Source: Candidatus Fraserbacteria bacterium
GTDB taxonomy: Bacteria > Bipolaricaulota > Bipolaricaulia > RBG-16-55-9 > DRXL01
Direction: 5' to 3'
Assembly (NCBI GenBank): GCA_947085185.1
Contig: CAMTVK010000003.1
Span: 149,047-213,046, forward strand
DNA length: 64,000 nucleotides
The position numbers and the translations under genes are program-made. Shown one piece after another: positions 21,811-31,308 of this stretch. The first letter of the stretch is position 1. Each line of letters starts with the position of its first letter. The notes below the pieces were generated by a model. It worked only from the letters and a program-made list of their open reading frames with translations. It did no database searches and was not told the DNA's origin.

Positions 21811-21968
21811 CCCAAACTTCGTCTGGACTGTCCATCGTGCCGCCTGTGGCGGCACGGCATACGGCCCAGGCGAAGCCTGGTCAAACAGCGAGAACGAGGT
21901 GCACAGGTGCTGCTGAGCGCAAGTTCTGTAGCTCAAGCTACAGGACTTCCGCACGGCTGTACTCCAAC

Positions 21969-22673
21969 GTGAACGAGCTTGAACGATTGCGGGAGCGCCT
22001 GGGGTTGTCCGAGATCGCTCTCGAGGAGCTGGAGCGCCCTTTTTGTCATAGCTCCTATGTGAACGAGCAGCCCCCGGGGCTGGAGTCCAATGAGCGCTTA
22101 GAGTTCCTCGGCGATGCAGTGATTGAGCTTGCCGTCGCGGAGTATCTCTTTCAGAATTACCCAGATCGCACTGAGGGCGAGCTGACTAAGATCAAATCTG
22201 TTGTGGTCAGTGGCTCCGTGCTCGCGGAGAAAGCGCGCGAGCTTGGGTTGGAGAAGTGTCTATTGCTTGGGCGCGGCGAGGAAGAGTCCGGTGGGCGCTC
22301 GAATGCGAAGCTCTTGGGCGATGCCTTCGAAGCCCTGATGGGGTTGGTCTTTGCCCACTACGGCTACGCGCGCGCTTCCGCGTTGGTGCGGGAGCTCTTG
22401 CGCTCAGAGATCGAGCGCGTTGCGGCCGGGCGCCATCGCCAGGACTACAAGACACTCCTGCAAGAGTGGGCTCAGGAACAGCATCAGAAGCCCATCTATA
22501 CTCTCGTGAGCAGCGAAGGGGAGGATCATTGCAAGGAGTTTACTGTTGTGGTGGAAGTGAACGGGTTCTCAGCGGTGGGGCGGGGGCGCAGCAAGAAGGC
22601 TGCCGAGCAAGATGCCGCGCGCCGACTCTATTGTCAGATCGAAGCGACTTCCAAGAGCGAACCCCGTCCTTGA
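21969..22673 (+). CDS. rnc: ribonuclease III
   Basis: SNERLEFLGDAVIEL, GDAFEAL, dsRBD QDYKTLLQE…SKKAAEQ; start at GTG 21969 is inferred. Confidence 0.95.
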   Translation: MNELERLRERLGLSEIALEELERPFCHSSYVNEQPPGLESNERLEFLGDAVIELAVAEYLFQNYPDRTEGELTKIKSVVVSGSVLAEKARELGLEKCLLLGRGEEESGGRSNAKLLGDAFEALMGLVFAHYGYARASALVRELLRSEIERVAAGRHRQDYKTLLQEWAQEQHQKPIYTLVSSEGEDHCKEFTVVVEVNGFSAVGRGRSKKAAEQDAARRLYCQIEATSKSEPRP

Positions 22674-22710
22674 CTGCCGCCCTTTCTTGCTCTTAAATAG
22701 AGTGATACGT

Positions 22711-22784
22711 GCGCCCGTAGCTCAGTTGGATAGAGCAGCGGTTTCCTAAACCGCAGGTCGTGCGTTCGAATCGCACCGGGCGCA
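22711..22784 (+). tRNA. tRNA-Arg(CCT)
   Basis: GCGCCCG…, anticodon arm GCGGT-TTCCTAA-ACCGC, GTTCGAATC; CCA not encoded. Confidence 0.92.
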
Positions 22785-22850
22785 CTACAGAAACAGTCAC
22801 AAGTTCCAAGTGAAGAGTTTTTCACTGGCAACTGAATATGCAGGAGGACG

Positions 22851-24338
22851 ATGATGCACACGACCAGCAGAGAGCACGAGCTCGATCTGGGACGCCTGCG
22901 CCTGCACGGCTTGGCCGCGCTTGCTGGGCTGTTGGTGCTAGGCGGTCTGCTCTTCCCCTGGAGCGCGTTCGTGCAGCTCGTAGCGAGACATAAAGCGCTC
23001 ACGGGCGTCTTTTTTGTTTTAGCGCTGCTGGTTCTTGAGTCCTCGGGATATCTGCTCATCCGCGCGGTGCGCGCACGATCTGTCACCCAAACGGAAGCGC
23101 TCGTCCCGCTCTTCTACAGCGCCGCGGGAGTGCTCCATATACTCTTTGGGGTCTTCTTTCTCATGCCCATCAATCCCCTCGCGACCGTGTATCTTTTGGG
23201 TGCAGCGGCGCTGGCCGTGGGCACGCCCTTCTTATGGCCCCAAAGCCCGAAGATCCGTGTCTTTCTTAACGGCAAGGCGTTTCTCTTCAGCACTCTCAGC
23301 GCGGTCGCCCTCACGCTCGTAGCAGCGATTGCGCTCTTTTCGTGGGGCTGGGCGCAGCGCCCTCTCAGCACCAACCCTCCGAGCGCTGAGTTTGTCGTCT
23401 CGTCCCAGACGACCAAAGTCGGCGAGCCCATAGACTTTGACGCGAGCGCTTCCCAAGCTCGCCAGGGCAAGCTCGCCAGCTATGATTGGGATTTCGGCGA
23501 TGGCATCTGGTACGAAGCCCCAGCACCCCAAGGGGCGAAAGTCACGCATGTCTACTACGAGCCCGGTCACTACGAAGTGATGCTCAGAGTCACCGACGAC
23601 CGCGGCGCAGTGAGCGCCGCATACAGTATCTTTATCACGGTGCAAGGAGACACCGGGCTTGAGAACGTGATGCAGCTCCCCGGACAACAGATCCTCGGGA
23701 TGACCTGGGACGGCGCGCGCCTCTGGGTTGTAGACTCCAAGAACAGAACGCTCTACTCTGGCCCCTCTGAGTCGTCTTGGGGAGCTCACGAGCTCCCCAA
23801 GGAGATCCAATGGCCTGCAGGGATCGAATGGGATGGGCAGAGCTTCTGGATCGCCGATCTTGGCACAATGACTATTTATAGACTTGCACCGGAGAGCTTT
23901 GACATTCTCTCACGCTGGGCGTACCCTGGCACAATCCCCGCGGACTTGGCCTGGGACGGAAGATATCTCTGGGCCATCGACGAGATAGATTCTGTGCTCC
24001 ATGCGTTCGACCCGGCCGACGGCCGCACAGTGAAAGAGATCAAGCTCGATGCCGAAATCTTCCCCCGCCCTGTGGGGGTAGCTTGGGACGGCATCGCGCT
24101 GTGGGTCTCGGATATGCACTACGGCATTCGTCGGATTGACCCAGAAAACGGGCGCGTCTTAGGAACGATGGCCGCGCCGGAGGGCGGCTCGTACCCCATC
24201 GCGTTGGCGTGGGACTCCGGCAGCCAGGGCTACGGACGGCTCTTAGTCGCTGATCACGACACAAAAAAGCTCTATCAAGTAAGACTGAGAGCGTGGGGCA
24301 AGGAGAAGCCCAGCCTCGGTGAGGGCGTTAGCCCATAG
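22851..24338 (+). CDS. membrane protein with PKD domain and beta-propeller (glutaminyl-cyclase/NHL-like WDG repeats)
   Basis: N-terminal TM helices; FDASAS…YDWDFGDG…LRVTDDRG; repeated G(M/I/V)xWDGxxLWV. Confidence 0.8.
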   Translation: MMHTTSREHELDLGRLRLHGLAALAGLLVLGGLLFPWSAFVQLVARHKALTGVFFVLALLVLESSGYLLIRAVRARSVTQTEALVPLFYSAAGVLHILFGVFFLMPINPLATVYLLGAAALAVGTPFLWPQSPKIRVFLNGKAFLFSTLSAVALTLVAAIALFSWGWAQRPLSTNPPSAEFVVSSQTTKVGEPIDFDASASQARQGKLASYDWDFGDGIWYEAPAPQGAKVTHVYYEPGHYEVMLRVTDDRGAVSAAYSIFITVQGDTGLENVMQLPGQQILGMTWDGARLWVVDSKNRTLYSGPSESSWGAHELPKEIQWPAGIEWDGQSFWIADLGTMTIYRLAPESFDILSRWAYPGTIPADLAWDGRYLWAIDEIDSVLHAFDPADGRTVKEIKLDAEIFPRPVGVAWDGIALWVSDMHYGIRRIDPENGRVLGTMAAPEGGSYPIALAWDSGSQGYGRLLVADHDTKKLYQVRLRAWGKEKPSLGEGVSP

Positions 24339-24343
24339 CCCTT

Positions 24344-25450
24344 ATGAACGATCTCGAAGCGAAACGCTACTGGATCGCGCTCACGCTGATTCCCAATCTC
24401 TCTCCGCGAAAATTTCACATTCTGTTAGAGAATTTCTCTAGCCCGCAAGAGATCTGGGAAGCACCGCTGGCAAAACTCAAAGAGATCCCGGGCTTTGCCG
24501 AGTCCGCTGAGACCTTTTGCGCGCACCGTCAAAGAGCTGATCTTGAGAAAGCTCTGGAACAGATCGCGCGGCTCCAGCTCACTGTCATCACGCTCGAAGA
24601 CGCACGCTATCCGGAGCCGTTACGCGCCATCGCCGATCCCCCTCCGGTGCTCTATCTTCGCGGAAACTATAGTGAGAAAGACACATTGGCGATCGCCCTG
24701 GTGGGCACGCGCGACGCGACCCCCTACGGACGTCGCGTCGCGCAGCAGCTGGCGGGGGAGCTGGGGCGTGTGGGGTTCACTATTGTGAGTGGGCTGGCCG
24801 AGGGCATTGATACGGCGGCACACCGAGGCGCGCTCAAGGCCGGTGCCCGCACGATCGCCGTGATCGGGAGCGGCTTCGCCCGGCTCTATCCCCAAAGCAA
24901 TCAGAAGCTCCTAGAAGAGATCGTCTCCAACGGGTGTGCCATGACGGAGTTTGCCCCAGAAGTCGCCCCGGAGAGATGGACTTTCCCTCAGAGAAATAGA
25001 ATTATCAGCGGGCTGAGCCGAGGCGTAGTTGTCGTCGAGGCGCCCGCAGAGAGCGGCGCGCTCATCACAGCGCGCTGGGCGCTCGAGCAGAACCGCGAGG
25101 TCTTCGCCGTGCCCGGCTCAATCTTCAGCGAAGCGCAGCGCGGCTGCCATAAGCTCATCAAAGACGGGGCCAAGCTCGTGGAAAGCGTCACTGATATCTT
25201 GGAAGAGTTCAAAGATTTACGGGTGCTCTTCCAAGTGCGCAAGGAGAAGCCAACCCCAGCGCCAAAGCTCCAGCTCTCCCCATTGCAAGAGAAGATCCTT
25301 TCTGTATTGGAGTTTGAGCCGACGCACTTTGACGAGATCGTGAGCAAGACCGGGCTCTCCGTGGGAGAGGTCTCCGAAGGTCTGCTGACGCTCACTTTGC
25401 AAGGGGCCGTGCAAGAACTGGAGGGCAAGCACTATGTGAAGCTGCCGTGA
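24344..25450 (+). CDS. dprA: DNA-processing protein DprA
   Basis: DPPPVLYLRG, VGTR, IVSGLAEGIDTAAH, FPQRNRIISGLS, SGALITA. Confidence 0.95.
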   Translation: MNDLEAKRYWIALTLIPNLSPRKFHILLENFSSPQEIWEAPLAKLKEIPGFAESAETFCAHRQRADLEKALEQIARLQLTVITLEDARYPEPLRAIADPPPVLYLRGNYSEKDTLAIALVGTRDATPYGRRVAQQLAGELGRVGFTIVSGLAEGIDTAAHRGALKAGARTIAVIGSGFARLYPQSNQKLLEEIVSNGCAMTEFAPEVAPERWTFPQRNRIISGLSRGVVVVEAPAESGALITARWALEQNREVFAVPGSIFSEAQRGCHKLIKDGAKLVESVTDILEEFKDLRVLFQVRKEKPTPAPKLQLSPLQEKILSVLEFEPTHFDEIVSKTGLSVGEVSEGLLTLTLQGAVQELEGKHYVKLP

Positions 25451-25457
25451 GTATATT

Positions 25458-26522
25458 CTAGCGAATCTCGATGCTCCCGTTCGTCGTCGTCGCGGTGATT
25501 GTGATCTTCGTTTGAGCAATCTGAAAATTGTTCGTTTCGCCCTCGATGTGGCGGCGCTCACCTTGCCGAAAGATAAAGTTGGGAATCTGCACGCGCACGC
25601 GGCTGGTCACGCTCTGAGCCGAGATCGCATACCCAATCTGAGAGTCATCAGGCACATCGAGTTCAATCGAACCGTTGAATGTGCTCAGCTCATAGCGTCC
25701 TGTGACGCTCCCTAAGACTAGATCAATCGAGCCGTTGGCTGTCGTGATCGTCGCTTGGCTGGCTGAGAGCTTTCCGGTGATGGAGCCGTTGGCCGTCTGG
25801 AGTTGTGCGTGCTGGGTCGTGAGAGTGTTGAGGGTGATGCGTCCGTTGGTCACGTTCAGATTGGCTTGAGCTGCGTTGATCTCTTGGACGTTGATGGTGC
25901 CGTTGAGGGTGCTGAGTTTGAGTTCGTAGACGCGCCCGCGCGGCAGCAGAAGCTGTACGTCGGTCTCCAGCGAGCTGAGCGGGCCAAATGAGGCTCTCGG
26001 TGCGCGAAATCTGATCTCTGTTGGAGAGAGCTCTGGTGGAAGCGTCACGCTGCGAATGAGCCGTTGGGCTTCTTCAGAGCTCCACGCGCGAGCCCGCGCC
26101 GTGATCGTGATCTGAAATGACTCGTTCTCCCAGGTCTGCACGGTTGCGCTGCCGTTTTGCAGGTCAAGCGTAACTGAGAGCGTTGCCGCGGACGGCTCGA
26201 ACGCGCCATCGAACGAGAAAGTCTTTTCGGCGCGCTCTGGGCCGATCACGTTCACCCACGTCGCTGCGCCCGATCCGGAGACGAGCAGTCCCAACACCGC
26301 TGCACCGACGACCAGCGCCACTACGTGAATGAGCTCATCAAAGAGCGCCGAACGTGACCAGAGCGCCAGCGCGAAACAGATCAATAAGACAATTCCAGCA
26401 GTAAGCACTAAATCCGCGCGCTCGATGGGAGCGAACACGCCCCAGTCTATATACTGTAATGCGAGCACGAAGACCCCGATAAAGATCAAAAACTCTCCTA
26501 AGCGCACGGTGCCGGATCTCAT
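25458..26522 (-). CDS. membrane-anchored DUF4097 beta-strand repeat protein
   Basis: N-terminal TMs followed by repeated TxNGSI motifs; SD AAGGAGG before ATG 26522. Confidence 0.8.
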   Translation of the reverse strand: MRSGTVRLGEFLIFIGVFVLALQYIDWGVFAPIERADLVLTAGIVLLICFALALWSRSALFDELIHVVALVVGAAVLGLLVSGSGAATWVNVIGPERAEKTFSFDGAFEPSAATLSVTLDLQNGSATVQTWENESFQITITARARAWSSEEAQRLIRSVTLPPELSPTEIRFRAPRASFGPLSSLETDVQLLLPRGRVYELKLSTLNGTINVQEINAAQANLNVTNGRITLNTLTTQHAQLQTANGSITGKLSASQATITTANGSIDLVLGSVTGRYELSTFNGSIELDVPDDSQIGYAISAQSVTSRVRVQIPNFIFRQGERRHIEGETNNFQIAQTKITITATTTNGSIEIR

Positions 26523-26746
26523 GGCTGTCCTCCTTGTTGGGAGTCCGTGTCGGACCGTGCCGGACGGGTGCGCACCAGGCCCGAAATCAAGAGCGCAATC
26601 CCGAAGATAATCAAAACTCCCGGCAGCACGAATCGCCACGACATCTCGAACCAGCCCATCAGCGAGAGCCGCCATGCCAGCCCCCCTAAGATCAAGACGA
26701 CCCCCCAGAAGAGATATTTATATGGGCTATGAATTTTTTCAGACAT
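26519..26746 (-). CDS. small membrane protein (LiaF/DUF5668-like)
   Basis: LFWGVVLILGG…PGVLIIFGIALL; translationally coupled to neighbours. Confidence 0.65.
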   Translation of the reverse strand: MSEKIHSPYKYLFWGVVLILGGLAWRLSLMGWFEMSWRFVLPGVLIIFGIALLISGLVRTRPARSDTDSQQGGQP

Positions 26747-27134
26747 TTGGACCACCTCCGCGACGCGCGTAGGCAAAGCCGACTAAAAGCACCCCGACAG
26801 CGATGAGCAAGACCGCCCAGGGCAGTTCTGGGAGATACTGTCTCACGAGCGAGTACACGCCGATACCAATTAAGAGCAGCCCGCTGAAGATGAGCCAATC
26901 TTCTGAGCGTGGAAGTGTCAGGGTGAGCGCGGGCTGGCTTGGGTGAGAGGCTGTCTGCGATTGTGCGTAGAGCTTGGCGATCAAGAGACTGGCGATGAGC
27001 GCGCCGATGGGCCAGAAGACCCAGCTGACAATGACCATCCCGATAGCAAAGCTGGGATTGACAGCGTAGCGCGCGATGAGATCGCCCAGCTCAGCGAAGA
27101 ACTGCAAGAGCGATTTAGACGACTCTGCACTCAT
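26739..27134 (-). CDS. hypothetical membrane protein
   Basis: 3 TM segments; SD GGGAGG; same operon as sppA. Confidence 0.65.
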   Translation of the reverse strand: MSAESSKSLLQFFAELGDLIARYAVNPSFAIGMVIVSWVFWPIGALIASLLIAKLYAQSQTASHPSQPALTLTLPRSEDWLIFSGLLLIGIGVYSLVRQYLPELPWAVLLIAVGVLLVGFAYARRGGGPNV

Positions 27135-27149
27135 GAGAGTACCCTCCCT

Positions 27150-28073
27150 TCAGTATCGCGGCACAGCGTGCCAGCCCTCCAGCGCTCGCAAGAGATAGAG
27201 CACCTCCGGCTTGATCTCACTCAGCGAGATATTTGTAGCACTCCCTCGCCCAAAAAGCAACTCCAACAGCCCCGGCGCCGCCGGACGATACTCGATCACC
27301 GCAGGCTCAGGTACCCCGGCCAGCTCTCCCGCTATTTTGATGGCATCATCCAGATCGCCAAGCTGATCTATCAACCCCAATGAGAGCGCCTGCACCCCCG
27401 AATAGACTTGTCCGGTCGCAAGCTCACGCACCCTCTCGATGGGGAGCCTGCGCCCATCCGCTACTGCTTGAATGAACTGCTCATAGAGTTCGTCCACGTA
27501 TTGTTGAAGGAGCGTGCGCTCCTCATCGCTCAAGGGGCGCAGCCCACGAAAGATGTCTTTATACTTGCCAGATTTGAAGATCTCCGGCTTGATCCCCAGA
27601 TTTTTCAGAAGCTCTTCGACAGAGAAGAACAGCGCGATCACGCCGATGCTGCCCGTTGTCGTCCCCGCATGGGCCAGGATCTTATCAGCATAAAGCGAGA
27701 TATAGTAGCCTCCGGAAGCTGCGATGTCGCCCATCGAGACGACGACAGGCTTCTTCGTCTTCTCTCTGAATTTTTTAATGTGCGAAGCAATCGCTTGAGA
27801 GGCCGCGACCGTGCCTCCAGGGCTATCTATGCGCAAGACGAGAGCTTTGACCGAAGGATCGTGCTCGGCTCTCTTGAGGAAGCCCTCGACTTGGGCGGGG
27901 GTGATTCCGCCTCCTCCTAGAAGCCCCGTATCGAGGGATTCGCTGATCGGGCCGCTCAAGCGCACCAGCGCGACCTTGGGCCGCAAGCCAAACGCGATCT
28001 GCTGCGCCGCAACCCAGATCACATAGATGCCGACGAGAATGAGTATGACCCACAGAATGCGCCGTCCACGCAT
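27150..28073 (-). CDS. sppA: signal peptide peptidase SppA (S49)
   Basis: LRIDSPGGTV, SMGDIAASGGYY, TGSIGV, KSGKYKD. Confidence 0.93.
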   Translation of the reverse strand: MRGRRILWVILILVGIYVIWVAAQQIAFGLRPKVALVRLSGPISESLDTGLLGGGGITPAQVEGFLKRAEHDPSVKALVLRIDSPGGTVAASQAIASHIKKFREKTKKPVVVSMGDIAASGGYYISLYADKILAHAGTTTGSIGVIALFFSVEELLKNLGIKPEIFKSGKYKDIFRGLRPLSDEERTLLQQYVDELYEQFIQAVADGRRLPIERVRELATGQVYSGVQALSLGLIDQLGDLDDAIKIAGELAGVPEPAVIEYRPAAPGLLELLFGRGSATNISLSEIKPEVLYLLRALEGWHAVPRY

Positions 28074-28148
28074 AGGCACCTCCTGCTTTTCTGCATCTCA
28101 TCTAGAACGCAAACTCGCGCTCAACGCGCACGCTCCAGCCATTTCGTC

Positions 28149-30965
28149 TTAAAAATTGCTCCCAAAGTCAAAATAGAGAATCGGGCCAGGCTGCCCCTGC
28201 CCTTGGGCCAGCCCAAATCTGAGCTCAATGGGCATCCTATAACCGAGCACAACCCGCAAGCGCAGCTCGCCCCCATAGCCAAAAAGAGCTTCGTCTGACG
28301 GCAGGGGCTTGCCGGAGAGATACGCCCCTTCGGTAAAGAGCAGCCCGTCTATGCGATCGAAGAAGACTGACCATAGTCCCACGCCCTTGCCAATGTGCAA
28401 GATCGGGAAGAGCAGCTCCCAACTCGTATAGGCGATCTGAGAAGCCCTGAAATCTATGGGGAAGCCGCGCAGGGGCCATGATCCTCCTGGCCCGCCTATG
28501 CGAAATGGCCTGAGATCATCGCGCGCGAGCACTGTGAAGCGACTCAACCGATTCTCAAACCCCAAGGGCAATTGCAAGCTCTCGCGCTGCTCGATCCGAA
28601 AGAGCATCTTCCATGAGTTATCGTGCAGGGCAAACTGGACCGAGAGTTTTAAATCTCGTCCGACGCGCAAAAGATCGCTCCCGCCCTCGAGTGATTCGCT
28701 ATAGCGCACCAAGAGCGACGGGACGAGCGTTTCGGCTTGGTGCAGTTGTGCCCCCAGGGCGAGCGTCTGGGTTCGTCCTATTACGCGCGAGAAGGTCAGC
28801 TCTATCTCTGCTCGCGCGACGCTCTCAGATTCGGCGTTATGTTCAAGATGCGCCAAAAATTTGGGGCTCAGCGCATTGACTGTATCTTCGAGCCAGCCCC
28901 ACCAGCGTCGCTCGGTCCGCAGGGCAAATGCTCCAGAGTAGTCGAGCGCCAGCACCGGCTGCTGCGTCGCAAGATCGAGCCCGGCGTACAGCGTATAGTT
29001 CTGATGCCCCAGAGGATCGAACCCCATCGCAAAGAGAGCTGGTTGCAGGGGATTGGGAACGGGGACCCACAGGCGCGGTGCTAAGAACTCTTTGGCGCGA
29101 TAGGGCTTTTCTGACAGAGATCCCGTGCGCCAGCCGGGCCATTGTGGGACTGTCTCGCGAGCGAACTCCACCGGCTTCCAGCTTTGCGGATCGTAGTCCA
29201 TCAGATGGAGCTCATAGCCCTTGGTGCTGTAACTAATAAAAGCGATCTTGGTCGCGTCCGGGGAGACCGCTGGGGCAAACGCCCCCGTCAGCACGTTCGT
29301 GACTCTCAAGAACTGCCCGTCAGAGAGGCGATACGCGTAGAGATTAAAGACGCCGTCGCGCTCCGAGCTGAAGAGCACGAAGTTTCCCTCGGGGGACCAG
29401 TCGGGATCGAAATCGCCGGCTTTGTCCTGGGTGATGGGCGTCACGTGGGGAGAAGAGCCGGATGAAAGATCAAGCAGATAGAGATCTTGATAGCCACCCA
29501 TCCTCCAGAGGGTAAGGGCGATCTTCTGGCCGTCGGGCGAGATCACGAAAGAATCTACGAGGGTCCCCGCAGGAAACTCATAAAACGGCACGATTCGCCC
29601 GGTGTCAAGCTCATAGATGGAGAGTATGGGGTCTTGTCCGTTGGGGCGCTGCTGGGCAAAGAGAATTCTTCTGCCATCTGGGAAGAACACGGGATGATAG
29701 GCGCGGGCGCGCTCCGTCAGCCGACGCTCTTCTTTCCTCTCTAAGTCCCACAGATAGAGATCAGCATAGACATAGTGATTCTCGAAGATCTCGTGTCTGG
29801 TGAAGAGCACGGACTTTCCGTCGGGGGAGACGTGAGGAGCTGGCGCAAAGAACGGCGGTCTGAAGAAGTCGAGCTCGAAGGGCACAGCGAAGAGAGCGTG
29901 ATCGTCTTTGCCGTCAGGGGTGATGCGTCGGATGGAGGCCTCGCGCACTCGATCTTTGTGATAGTAATAGATGAATTTCCCATCGGGCGACCAGGTGGGG
30001 TCGTTGTTCCAATACTCAAGACGGCTGATCTTTCGAGATGGCGTGATGCCCTCGCTCTTGATCTGTGCGATTTGGGGTTCAAACTGGGCTCTGAGCCATG
30101 CGTGCCAAGCTCTCTCCAGCTCGTGCGCCGAGACGCCAAGGGCTCTCTTAAAAATTCTTTCAAAGTCATGGATCGCGCCAAGAGTGACGATGGGCAGCAG
30201 CGAGTCGGCGTTGAGCTCATCTATAAGCGCGAGCTTATCGTCGCCGTATTGTTCGGCGATGAAGCGCACAAACCAGGCGCCCCAGTCGTGCGTGAGCATA
30301 TATCCCGATGGCCAGTGCGGGGGATCGTAGCCATAGCCGACGCCCATCTGATCGAGTGAGATAAATTTATTCTCTAGGACTTGGGTGCGGAAGTACATGG
30401 CGTCGCGAGCAGAGTTGGAGCGTGAGGCGCCGGAGCGTTTCAGTTCAAAATAGATGGGAATCCCTTCAATGAGCGTGCCGGGCTTTGCGCCATTGGTGAG
30501 CGTGAGCACCGGGCCGAGCCACGGGCGCAGTCTTTCAGAGAGCCCCGCAGTCTTTGTGATATCAAAGATGTGCCCGATCTCGTGATATAAGACGTTCTCA
30601 AGCCATGAGGGATTTTGGGGATTGAGCCATTCGTTGAACACTCGGGCGTTGGAGACGCTGGCGATCACGTCGCCGAAGGGATTGGCCGCCCCAACAGCGA
30701 AGTCTGACGGGTCCGCTAAGATAATATTGATCTTCGTGGGCACGCGATATTTGAGCTCGCGGACCCAGAAGTCATACGCTTCTTCGCTGATGAGCGCAGC
30801 TTCTTGAGCAATCGCTTCTAACCCTTGGGGGTAGATCACACGAAAGTGCTCCGTCTGGAGCACGTACCAATCGAGCGTGGGGTCCAGATCGAGAAACTGT
30901 GCGGACGCTGAAAAACCGACCGAGAAAGCCCACAAGAGCGCAAGACCGTGCGCTACAAGACGCAT
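28149..30965 (-). CDS. secreted protein: HExxH peptidase-like domain, TolB/PD40 propeller and Omp85-like beta-barrel tail
   Basis: Signal peptide, YHEIGH…IEG, repeated P(T/D)WSPDG, PLRGF, C-terminal FDFGSNF. Confidence 0.8.
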   Translation of the reverse strand: MRLVAHGLALLWAFSVGFSASAQFLDLDPTLDWYVLQTEHFRVIYPQGLEAIAQEAALISEEAYDFWVRELKYRVPTKINIILADPSDFAVGAANPFGDVIASVSNARVFNEWLNPQNPSWLENVLYHEIGHIFDITKTAGLSERLRPWLGPVLTLTNGAKPGTLIEGIPIYFELKRSGASRSNSARDAMYFRTQVLENKFISLDQMGVGYGYDPPHWPSGYMLTHDWGAWFVRFIAEQYGDDKLALIDELNADSLLPIVTLGAIHDFERIFKRALGVSAHELERAWHAWLRAQFEPQIAQIKSEGITPSRKISRLEYWNNDPTWSPDGKFIYYYHKDRVREASIRRITPDGKDDHALFAVPFELDFFRPPFFAPAPHVSPDGKSVLFTRHEIFENHYVYADLYLWDLERKEERRLTERARAYHPVFFPDGRRILFAQQRPNGQDPILSIYELDTGRIVPFYEFPAGTLVDSFVISPDGQKIALTLWRMGGYQDLYLLDLSSGSSPHVTPITQDKAGDFDPDWSPEGNFVLFSSERDGVFNLYAYRLSDGQFLRVTNVLTGAFAPAVSPDATKIAFISYSTKGYELHLMDYDPQSWKPVEFARETVPQWPGWRTGSLSEKPYRAKEFLAPRLWVPVPNPLQPALFAMGFDPLGHQNYTLYAGLDLATQQPVLALDYSGAFALRTERRWWGWLEDTVNALSPKFLAHLEHNAESESVARAEIELTFSRVIGRTQTLALGAQLHQAETLVPSLLVRYSESLEGGSDLLRVGRDLKLSVQFALHDNSWKMLFRIEQRESLQLPLGFENRLSRFTVLARDDLRPFRIGGPGGSWPLRGFPIDFRASQIAYTSWELLFPILHIGKGVGLWSVFFDRIDGLLFTEGAYLSGKPLPSDEALFGYGGELRLRVVLGYRMPIELRFGLAQGQGQPGPILYFDFGSNF

Positions 30966-30985
30966 CTTTGCTGCCTCCTTGGATA

Positions 30986-31083
30986 TTTGAATCACGGAAG
31001 ACACGGAAATAAGTCACAGAAGGCACGGAAGTAAAAGCACTTCCGTGGCATCCGTGATCGTTCCGTGCTTTCCGTGATTCAAA
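30986..31083. repeat. palindromic intergenic repeat (CACGGAA/TTCCGTG family), copy 3
   Basis: TTTGAATCACGGAAGACACGGAA…TTCCGTGCTTTCCGTGATTCAAA; perfect 14-bp terminal inverted repeat. Confidence 0.8.
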
Positions 31084-31308
31084 CTATCCCCCGAAATCTT
31101 CGACCTTGAAGCCCTGGGCTTCTTCGAGGACTTTCTTGACGCGCAGCTGGGCTTCGCTCAATCTCTTCTGGATCGAATCGGCGAGCTTGACCCCTTCCTC
31201 AAAGAGCTCTAGCGACTCTTCAAGAGAGATCTGCTCATTTTCTAGGTGGCGCACGATCTCTTCGAGCCGAGCGAGCGCCGCCTCAATCTTGAGGGCTTTC
31301 TTCTCCAT
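31084..31308 (-). CDS. xseB: exodeoxyribonuclease VII small subunit
   Basis: EAALARLEEIVRHLENEQISLEESLELFEEG. Confidence 0.92.
   Translation of the reverse strand: MEKKALKIEAALARLEEIVRHLENEQISLEESLELFEEGVKLADSIQKRLSEAQLRVKKVLEEAQGFKVEDFGG

Noticed and set aside
21740..22784. tRNAs as island attachment sites
   Set aside because: No duplicated tRNA 3' ends or integrase were noticed in the window.
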